From: Candidatus Poribacteria bacterium
GTDB lineage: Bacteria > Poribacteria > WGA-4E > PCPOR2b
Reading direction: 5' to 3'
Assembly (NCBI GenBank): GCA_022567695.1
Contig: JADFGN010000173.1
Coordinates: 1-12,912, forward strand
DNA: 12,912 bases
Shown here: positions 1-6,608 of the stretch, piece by piece
How the letters are laid out: the number at the start of each line of letters is the position of its first letter
Position numbering within the stretch: the stretch's first letter is position 1
Position numbers and translations under genes: made by a program
The notes under the pieces: model-generated
Database searches by the model: none
What the model was told of the DNA's origin: nothing
Seen by the model: the letters and a program-made list of their open reading frames with translations, nothing else

Positions 1-1
1 G

Positions 2-178
2 GCAGTCAATCTCCCCGTCATTGAGATTCATCTTTCCAACATCTACGCGCGTGAATCCTTCCGCCATCACTCCTATATTTCGGCCATTGCCATCGGCGTG
101 ATTGGTGGTTTTGGAGCGTACAGCTACGACCTTGCGCTGGACGCGATGATTCATATCTTAAAACAACCGAATTCGTAA
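2..178 (+). CDS. aroQ: 3-dehydroquinate dehydratase type II, C-terminal fragment. The 5' end lies outside the window.
   Basis: Frame 2 is open from the window edge to the TAA at 176-178. The translation ...[58 protein letters not shown] matches the conserved type II dehydroquinase C-terminus, including the HLSNIxAREx-FRHHS block. Confidence 0.8.
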   Translation, partial: AVNLPVIEIHLSNIYARESFRHHSYISAIAIGVIGGFGAYSYDLALDAMIHILKQPNS

Positions 179-254
179 GCGTTCAGGGGTAGACTAGAAA
201 CCGAAGTTTTTCTTCGTAACGAGCCGAAATACCGGCTACAGATAGTTTTCCTGT

Positions 255-265
255 GTGAAGATTGA
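255..265. repeat. 11-bp direct repeat copy 1 (gtgaagattga). It is in the intergenic region upstream of the MTase operon and pairs with 4821-4831.
   Basis: The exact 11-mer is shared by the two non-coding regions that flank the three-gene module. This could be chance. Confidence 0.25.
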
Positions 266-312
266 TTTTCCTCGTATGAAAAAATCGTCAGAGAATACTG
301 TGATGAGAGATT

Positions 313-2343
313 TTGAAGAGATGTCTCAATATGCCTAAAAATCGAATTGCCGAAATCGGCGTAAAAGATATTCACGCCTTATGGTTGCTTACCCAAAATG
401 GGGAAGCGTTCCATAAAGAAGAAATCTACCAAATCTCACAGGAAGTCTTGAAATATTCAAACCAGTGTGACCTTAGAAGACTATTGGAAATTGGTGAGTA
501 TATAGGGCTTGTGTCACGACAAGGTGAGAGATGGCTATTAACTGCTGAAGGAGAAAACTTTAAGAAAGCTCTCCATTGGCGACTTTGGGTGCCTGCCGAA
601 TCGACTAAAACTATCCTACAAGCCAGTAGAATACTTCACTTCTTCATAGATCAACAAGCCTACGGAAAAAGACCTGTTGTTATTGACTTGTTTGCTGGCG
701 TTGGTGGATTAAGTCTGGGCTTCGCTGCGGCTGGATTTCAGGTTGCATTAGCAGTGGAGAACGACCAACAGGCATACGAAGCACATACCGAAAATTTCCC
801 TGAAACGTTGGTCCTTCAAGATGACGTCAACAAATTCGCTGACAATCCCAGAGAGTATATCGAAAAAATCAATCAACTCAACGGTGTCAAATTCGCGGGG
901 ATTATTGGCGGTCCGCCCTGCCAAGGTTTTTCATACATTGGTGAGCGAACAGCGCGTGATGAGAGGAACTTACTTACCTCTAGATTTATGGATATTGTTC
1001 TGGAGCTCAAGCCGGACTTTTTCGTCATGGAGAATGTGCCGGGGATAGCAACAACTGGTATTCCGCCGAAGTTTAGTGTTTACATCAAGCGGCTTGCAAA
1101 ATCCAATAGCGAACCTGCTTCATCAATCGTTGATAGATTGCCTTCTGTCCCAAAAAAGGTTGCCCAACGTGATAGGCAGTTTAGAAAAAGACAGATTAGT
1201 AACGTGATCGATGGCTTGAAGTCGAGAGTTAATGCGTGTTTCAAAAAAAACAGGTTAGTGAGCCCGAAAGATGTCCAAAAGGCTATCAGATTTTCCCATA
1301 ACGAACTTGAAAAACTGATTTCAAATATTGTCTCTGAGGTTTATAACGACGAACAACTCCCCCGCAGAATATTACAGGAAAGCGAAAACGAGGTCTGCAT
1401 AATCGCAATCGCAATAGTGTTTGCACAGCTCTTGGATAACAAGATGTTGGATTATGGTCGTGGCAAAGAGTTCTGTCGAGGATTCCGGGAGAAACCTCAT
1501 TATTCAGAGACCCTCCATCGAGCTATTCTGCAAATATATGACGACTACGATAACGCACCTTTCGTTGGTGAATATAAAGGGCAAGAAGTCGGTCCTGTAC
1601 TTCTTCACCTGCTTGAAAGAGCGGGAGAATTTTATGATGTTCCCGCGCCCGAAGTCCTAAACGCCGCTTCTTTTGGAACTCCCCAAAACCGAGAACGCAT
1701 GTTCATCGTCGGCATTCATAAGCGATTGAAAAAGACATTCGTTTACCCGGAACCGACACATTGTTGGAACGGCGCAAATGGCAAAGCTCCCACGCCCACA
1801 GCATACGATGCTATTCATGACCTACCCGACATTGACCAAATGCCGCACCTTATCGAAGATTACAAATTCAGCGTAAAAGAGCTCACCAAGCCGGAGTCGG
1901 ACTTCGTTCGGCAAATGCGGTATGAAATCATTGAAGACGGCGACCTATCCTTGTCCCGGAAAAGTTGGAATCCCTATTCCGTCGATTGCAGTAACCGAAC
2001 CACGCACGCTGAACATGTTGTAGAAAGAATGAAAACATTGGAATATGGCAAGCAAGACCCGGTCAGTCGCCGGTCAAGGTTACACCCAGACCGACCTTCT
2101 CCAACAATACGTGCAGGAACCAAGCAAAACAAAGGATCGCATACTGCGGTTCGACCCATTCACTACAAATGCCACCGCGTGATTTCAGTTCGGGAAGCCG
2201 CAAGACTGATGGGGTATCCTGATTGGATGACTTTTCATAAAGCAAAGTGGCACGGATTTCGACTGATTGGGAATGGCGTACCTCTGCCGCTATCACGCGC
2301 AATCGCGAAGCAGATTAAGGGACTTTTGTATGAATCATCTTAA
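313..2343 (+). CDS. Atypical DNA (cytosine-5)-methyltransferase. It has an N-terminal ~115-aa winged-helix-like extension and a ~210-aa basic insertion between motif VI and motif VIII. The ATG at 331 is the more likely start; the ORF opens at a TTG at 313.
   Basis: Canonical C5-MTase motifs were read directly. Motif I is VVIDLFAGVGGLSLGF (FxGxGG), motif IV is GGPPCQGFSYIG (PCQ), motif VI is FFVMENVPG (ENV), motif VIII is QNRERMFIVG (QxRxR), and motif X is RLIGNGVPLPLSRAIAKQI (GN). The C-terminal RVISVREAARLMGYPDWMTF matches the conserved RE-x-RLQGFPD block. A weak GAAGAG Shine-Dalgarno sequence precedes ATG 331. Confidence 0.85.
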   Translation: MKRCLNMPKNRIAEIGVKDIHALWLLTQNGEAFHKEEIYQISQEVLKYSNQCDLRRLLEIGEYIGLVSRQGERWLLTAEGENFKKALHWRLWVPAESTKTILQASRILHFFIDQQAYGKRPVVIDLFAGVGGLSLGFAAAGFQVALAVENDQQAYEAHTENFPETLVLQDDVNKFADNPREYIEKINQLNGVKFAGIIGGPPCQGFSYIGERTARDERNLLTSRFMDIVLELKPDFFVMENVPGIATTGIPPKFSVYIKRLAKSNSEPASSIVDRLPSVPKKVAQRDRQFRKRQISNVIDGLKSRVNACFKKNRLVSPKDVQKAIRFSHNELEKLISNIVSEVYNDEQLPRRILQESENEVCIIAIAIVFAQLLDNKMLDYGRGKEFCRGFREKPHYSETLHRAILQIYDDYDNAPFVGEYKGQEVGPVLLHLLERAGEFYDVPAPEVLNAASFGTPQNRERMFIVGIHKRLKKTFVYPEPTHCWNGANGKAPTPTAYDAIHDLPDIDQMPHLIEDYKFSVKELTKPESDFVRQMRYEIIEDGDLSLSRKSWNPYSVDCSNRTTHAEHVVERMKTLEYGKQDPVSRRSRLHPDRPSPTIRAGTKQNKGSHTAVRPIHYKCHRVISVREAARLMGYPDWMTFHKAKWHGFRLIGNGVPLPLSRAIAKQIKGLLYESS

Positions 2344-2382
2344 CGCCATTTGATTTAGCAATTCCAATGGCTGGAGGAGAAA

Positions 2383-3807
2383 ATGGCAAACATTGTCGTC
2401 GCATCACCGAGCAAGATGTTTTTCGTTGAAATGTTGACCCGAGACATTGATTTGAAAGACGCCATCTTGGATTTATTGGATAACTGCGTAGACGGAATAC
2501 TGAGGCAACTTAACGATCAACGACGGGAAGAGGTACTCAAATCGGAGAAACCATACGACAGCTATTGGGCTAAAATCACTGCGAATCCTGAGAAATTTTC
2601 AATAGAAGACAACTGTGGAGGTATATCACGAAAGATTGCTATCAACAGCGCATTTCGCCTTGGTCGATCGTTGGAGGACCTACAACGGGATAAGGACATC
2701 GCCACAGTTGGAGTACATGGCATTGGTATGAAGAGGGCACTTTTCAAGATGGGACGGCATTCCAAAGTCATTTCTCAACACAAGCGTAAAGCTTATTGTG
2801 TTGAAATTCCGCCGGAGTGGCTTGATGATGACAAAAATTGGAATCTGGAATTGAATGACACAGATATGGGTTGGGAATCTGACGGCACTTCTATAACCGT
2901 CACGAATTTGCATCAGCGCATAGCGTATCAGTTTGATGCCGATAGTAACCCTTTTCTAAAGGACTTACAAAAGGAGATTGCCAATCTCTTTGCAGTTAGT
3001 ATTAAGAAAGGCTTCCGAGTGTCTTTGAATGGAAAAGAAATTGAACCGGTTCGGCTTGAAATTTTATTTCCGAAAGATCTGACACAAGAATCTGCGATTC
3101 AACCCTACGCCTATAAGGGCACCGTAGACTATGTAGACATTGAACTCGCCATCGGTTTCTACAGAGAACTTGCCTCAGAGTCTGAACTTGAAGATGAGCA
3201 AAAGATACCGCGCAAGACAGATAACGCGGGATGGACGGTCATCTGCAATGACCGTGTGGTTTTGCATCATGACAAGATGCCAATGACGGGATGGGGCGTG
3301 AGAAACGTGCCCAAATATCACACTCAATTTATCGCCATTGCTGGTGTTGTCCAGTTCTCAAGTAACGATTCGCTCAAACTGCCCATCAATACGACGAAGC
3401 GTGGACTCGATACGTCATCTGCTATCTACTGGCACACACTCAACTATATGATGGAGGGGCTAAAGAAATTCACCGACTTTACAAATCATTGGAAAGGACG
3501 AGAATCGGAGACAGCAAGCTATTTTAGTGATATGTCTCCCAAAGATGCGACAGAAGTCCCCGAAGCGATTCCACAGAATATGTGGAAAGAAGTGCGGGGA
3601 TCGGGGGCAGATAACGAAAGGCGGTTCACCCCAAATCTCCCAAGACCGCCTAAAGACAAACTCAAACACCGTATTTCTTTTCTAAGACTCAAGGAAGAAA
3701 TCGAGATCGTTGGTGAAGATCTTTTTGGTAACCCAGAGGCTCCTCCAGCAGAGATTGGGAATCGGTGTTTTGAAGATGCTCTCAAAAAAGCGAAGGGGAA
3801 AGCATGA
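2383..3807 (+). CDS. GHKL-superfamily ATPase, MORC/MutL-like histidine-kinase-type ATPase fold, with a ~270-aa C-terminal region of unknown fold.
   Basis: The Bergerat-fold motifs are present. The N-box is AILDLLDNCVDG (ExxxNxxD), the G1 box is IEDNCGGIS (DxGxG) and the G2 box is VGVHGIGMKRALF (GxxGxG). A GGAGGA Shine-Dalgarno sequence lies 7 nt upstream of the ATG, which is 39 bp downstream of the MTase stop. Confidence 0.75.
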   Translation: MANIVVASPSKMFFVEMLTRDIDLKDAILDLLDNCVDGILRQLNDQRREEVLKSEKPYDSYWAKITANPEKFSIEDNCGGISRKIAINSAFRLGRSLEDLQRDKDIATVGVHGIGMKRALFKMGRHSKVISQHKRKAYCVEIPPEWLDDDKNWNLELNDTDMGWESDGTSITVTNLHQRIAYQFDADSNPFLKDLQKEIANLFAVSIKKGFRVSLNGKEIEPVRLEILFPKDLTQESAIQPYAYKGTVDYVDIELAIGFYRELASESELEDEQKIPRKTDNAGWTVICNDRVVLHHDKMPMTGWGVRNVPKYHTQFIAIAGVVQFSSNDSLKLPINTTKRGLDTSSAIYWHTLNYMMEGLKKFTDFTNHWKGRESETASYFSDMSPKDATEVPEAIPQNMWKEVRGSGADNERRFTPNLPRPPKDKLKHRISFLRLKEEIEIVGEDLFGNPEAPPAEIGNRCFEDALKKAKGKA

Positions 3808-4805
3808 GAGGTGGAAATGTCTCCTACAATTTGCGACCCAATAAATTCGTTGAAAGACAACTGTTTGTTGAACTACTGGGCAAGGTCTGTGATCAACCAC
3901 CCGACCAGTATGTTTATGTTTCACTCGGTGGACCCCAACTCGAAGATCAAAGGCTTGTACATCAACGTCTAGGGTTCACGAAACTCGTTTCGCTTGAAGC
4001 AAATCTGGTCGTATATCAAAGACAATTATTCAATCTACGTCCGTCGTACATAGATTGCAGGAATGACTCCACGGAAGATTTCGTGCGTGATTTTGACGTC
4101 TTTACGAATTTATACAGTGAGGAAGAATTCATCATCTGGTTTGATTATGCAGAAGCTAATGCGAGACGGGAACAGCTTATTGAATATGAGACACTACTGA
4201 GTCAACTCAAAGATCAGGACATCCTCAAAATCACAATGAACGCGAATCCCAACACCCTTGGCGAGATACGAAGTGGGGAAAAACAAGAGGATGCCCAGAA
4301 GAGACGTCTCGACGCTTTGCAGGGGCAGCTTGATGTCTATCTCCCCGATGCAATTGAACACACAGAGATGACGAGTCGTGGTTTTGTGCCGATTCTGTGC
4401 AATGCAATTGAGAAGGCTTCCCTGAATGCCGTTCAAGATGACCCCCGTTCGCAGCCGATTCCCGTAGCCATCTTCGCATACCAAGACGGCTACCATCAGA
4501 TGCTAACCGTCACGGTACGCCTCACTCGAAAAAACGAGGTCGATTCGTTCCGTCAAGACCTTCAGGCACAGGGATGGCAGTATCTACCAGCCGATTGGGA
4601 GGATGCGACCCAAATTAACGTGCCGAATCTGACGGCGAAAGAGCGGCTGTATATCGAAGGGTTGCTTTTTTCAAAAGACCACGAGACGCTTCACGAGGAA
4701 CTGCCTTTCCGCTTCCACCAAGACAACGAGTTGTCACTTAAAATACTGGAAGCATATGCAGAACACTATCGGAGATACCCCAGCTATTTTCAGGTCATGC
4801 TATGA
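3804..4805 (+). CDS. Hypothetical 333-aa protein, the third gene of the MTase/GHKL operon. It is translationally coupled, with its ATG overlapping the upstream TGA as ATGA.
   Basis: A long uninterrupted ORF begins in the 4-nt ATGA overlap with the GHKL gene's stop. I recognise no catalytic motif; there is no clear PD-(D/E)xK, HNH, PLD or Walker motif. Confidence 0.6.
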   Translation: MRGGNVSYNLRPNKFVERQLFVELLGKVCDQPPDQYVYVSLGGPQLEDQRLVHQRLGFTKLVSLEANLVVYQRQLFNLRPSYIDCRNDSTEDFVRDFDVFTNLYSEEEFIIWFDYAEANARREQLIEYETLLSQLKDQDILKITMNANPNTLGEIRSGEKQEDAQKRRLDALQGQLDVYLPDAIEHTEMTSRGFVPILCNAIEKASLNAVQDDPRSQPIPVAIFAYQDGYHQMLTVTVRLTRKNEVDSFRQDLQAQGWQYLPADWEDATQINVPNLTAKERLYIEGLLFSKDHETLHEELPFRFHQDNELSLKILEAYAEHYRRYPSYFQVML

Positions 4806-4820
4806 TAGAAAAGCGAAGGA

Positions 4821-4831
4821 GTGAAGATTGA
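4821..4831. repeat. 11-bp direct repeat copy 2 (gtgaagattga). It is in the intergenic region just downstream of the three-gene module.
   Basis: This is an exact match to 255-265. Confidence 0.25.
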
Positions 4832-4941
4832 AAGGCGCACGCCCTTTGACACCACTCGAAAATAGCGGGAACGATTTGCTGGTGACTCAAAAGGCGTTGC
4901 GCCATACCAGTATCGAGACGATGTGACATCGGCTATGCCGG

Positions 4942-4960
4942 ACTTCCATTTTATGGAAGT
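4942..4960. promoter_or_regulatory. Perfect palindrome acttccat-ttt-atggaagt, with an 8-bp stem and a 3-nt loop. It may be an operator or RNA hairpin and is not a classic terminator.
   Basis: The inverted repeat was read directly. No T-tract follows it on either strand. It lies ~140 bp upstream of the DHDPS-family gene and inside a possible 30-codon ORF at 4935-5027. Confidence 0.3.
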
Positions 4961-5098
4961 ATACCTTGAGAAGTTGTTGTCTTTATCATTATCATCGGCC
5001 ATCGTCGAGAAGTTTACCAAAAAGTAATTCAGAGAATAAAGAACATGAAGTGACTCTGGCAAAAAATATCCCACACGAATAAACAACAAGGAAAACCA

Positions 5099-5983
5099 AT
5101 GAATGAAATCTACGGCATTGTGCCGCCGATGACCACACCTTTTGATCCAGCTGATCAGTTGGATGAAGATGCCTTTCGTGCGGATGTGCGCTATTTGGTT
5201 GAGACGGCGAAGGTTCACGGTCTGGCGGTCTGCGGCAGTACGGGCGAGGGGCACACGTTAACCACCGAGGAGACGAGGCAACTCACCGCATGGGCAATTG
5301 AGGAAGCGGCGGGACAAGTCCCTGTCATCACAGGGATTATCACCGATAGCACGAAGTCGGGGATTGAGCGTGGCAAAGCTGTCGCAGACCTCGGTGTCGC
5401 AGCGTTACAGGTGACGCCCGTTCACTACCTTTTCCGTCCCGACGACGATGCGATGCTTCGTCACTTCGCAGCACTCGTCGAAGGCACAGGCTTACCGTTG
5501 ATGATTTATAATGTGATTCCATGGACGTATCTTTCGCCGGAATTGCTCACCCGAATCATTACCGAAGTTGACGGAGTGATTGGCGTCAAACAAAGCGCAG
5601 GTGATATGAAACTGCTTGCAGACCTGCTCTTGATGCTCGGAGACGGCGGCCGCATCATGTCTGCTGTGGATGCCTTGCTCTACCCATCGTTTGCACTTGG
5701 CGCGCACGGCGCAATTGCAGCAATTCTTACGGCGGTACCGACACTCTGTGTCCAACTCTGGGACGCGGTCGAAGCAGGCGATCAGCAGACAGCGCGGGCG
5801 TTGCACGAAAAACTACTCCCCATCTGGAACGCAATCTCCGATGACAATCTTCCCGCGAATGTGAAATACGCGATGCAATTGCAAGGGCGTCCGGCAGGTG
5901 CCCCCCGTGCTCCGATGCCAGCAACTTCGTCGAAGCAACAGCCTGCGATTCGTCAGGCGTTGGATAATGCCGATCTACTCTGA
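5099..5983 (+). CDS. Dihydrodipicolinate synthase / N-acetylneuraminate lyase family class I aldolase (DapA-like).
   Basis: The family motifs are CGSTGEGHTLT (GxTGE), MIYNVIP (the YN catalytic Tyr region) and IGVKQSAGD (the Schiff-base Lys in GxK-[DEQ]-[AS]-[ST]-GD). An AAGGAAAA Shine-Dalgarno sequence lies upstream. GC and GC3 are noticeably higher than in neighbouring genes. Confidence 0.8.
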   Translation: MNEIYGIVPPMTTPFDPADQLDEDAFRADVRYLVETAKVHGLAVCGSTGEGHTLTTEETRQLTAWAIEEAAGQVPVITGIITDSTKSGIERGKAVADLGVAALQVTPVHYLFRPDDDAMLRHFAALVEGTGLPLMIYNVIPWTYLSPELLTRIITEVDGVIGVKQSAGDMKLLADLLLMLGDGGRIMSAVDALLYPSFALGAHGAIAAILTAVPTLCVQLWDAVEAGDQQTARALHEKLLPIWNAISDDNLPANVKYAMQLQGRPAGAPRAPMPATSSKQQPAIRQALDNADLL

Positions 5984-6047
5984 CCCACCTATATGAGTTG
6001 TTGGGTAAGATTTACTTGACAGCGACTAGAAATTCAAGGAGAATTTT

Positions 6048-6605
6048 ATGGCAGCACTCAATGATTTACGAAATGGTTTGGTGATTAGACTTAATGATGT
6101 GATTTATACCATCGTGGATTGCCAACACGTTAAACCCGGCAAAGGTGGGGCTTTTGCCCGTACCAAGATCAAGCGAGTAACCGGGGGAGCCGTAATCGAT
6201 CGGACCTTTCGCGCAAATGAAACGGTTGAAACTGTCCGTCTTGAAGAGCGTGAAATGCAATATATGTACAACGATGGAAGTTTGCTATATTTTATGGATA
6301 ACGAGACTTTCGATCAGCATTCATTGCCTGACAGTCTACTGGGAGATGGAATCAAATTTCTCAAAGAAGGGGAAAACGTCAAGGTCAAAGTTGACGGAGA
6401 CGTTCCGATGACTGTTGAATTACCGACTTTTGTTGTGCTAAAGGTCGTTGAGACCGATCCCGGATTGCGTGGTGACACTGCTAGCGGTGGTTCTAAGCCC
6501 GCGCAACTCGAAACTGGTGGAGTGGTTCAAGTTCCCCTGTTCATTAAGAAGGGTCAAATGATAAAGGTAGATACCCGTAAAGGAACGTATGCAGAGAGGG
6601 CTTGA
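6048..6605 (+). CDS. efp: Elongation factor P.
   Basis: The 185-aa protein has the conserved KPGKGGAFARTK loop, which is the modified-Lys region, and an EF-P-like three-domain layout. An AAGGAGA Shine-Dalgarno sequence lies 6 nt upstream. Confidence 0.9.
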   Translation: MAALNDLRNGLVIRLNDVIYTIVDCQHVKPGKGGAFARTKIKRVTGGAVIDRTFRANETVETVRLEEREMQYMYNDGSLLYFMDNETFDQHSLPDSLLGDGIKFLKEGENVKVKVDGDVPMTVELPTFVVLKVVETDPGLRGDTASGGSKPAQLETGGVVQVPLFIKKGQMIKVDTRKGTYAERA

Positions 6606-6608
6606 CTT

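Noticed and set aside
202-216. A cgaag-ttttt-cttcg mini-hairpin after aroQ, as a possible terminator.
   Set aside because: It has only a 5-bp stem and no downstream U-tract. That is too weak to call.
151-375. A 74-aa - strand ORF spanning the aroQ stop and the region upstream of the MTase.
   Set aside because: It overlaps the end of aroQ and the MTase start region on the opposite strand. It has no Shine-Dalgarno sequence or recognisable domain, so I treat it as a spurious antisense ORF.
821-2302. Several 60-80-aa ORFs on both strands, for example 821-1048 (+), 1421-1660 (+), 1974-2159 (-) and 2063-2302 (-), inside the MTase gene.
   Set aside because: They are fully embedded in a gene with strong motif support and have low-complexity translations. 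These are typical shadow ORFs.
2562-4496. Antisense ORFs inside the GHKL gene and gene 3, for example 2562-2771, 2680-2913, 3460-3669, 3519-3860, 3682-3924, 4194-4496 and 4231-4479, all on the - strand.
   Set aside because: They are embedded opposite well-supported coding frames, and their products are Cys/Arg-rich with no motif. They are spurious.
4790-5254. A 154-aa - strand ORF covering the 293-bp spacer and overlapping both the end of gene 3 and the first 156 nt of the aldolase gene.
   Set aside because: It overlaps two confidently called sense genes and has no start context. Its intergenic part is better explained by the palindrome and small-ORF observation.
5340-5924. Antisense and alternative-frame ORFs within the DHDPS-family gene, for example 5340-5522 (-), 5492-5806 (-), 5670-5864 (+) and 5727-5924 (-).
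   Set aside because: This is a GC-rich gene with few stop codons in its off-frames. The translations are Arg/Cys-rich nonsense typical of shadow ORFs.
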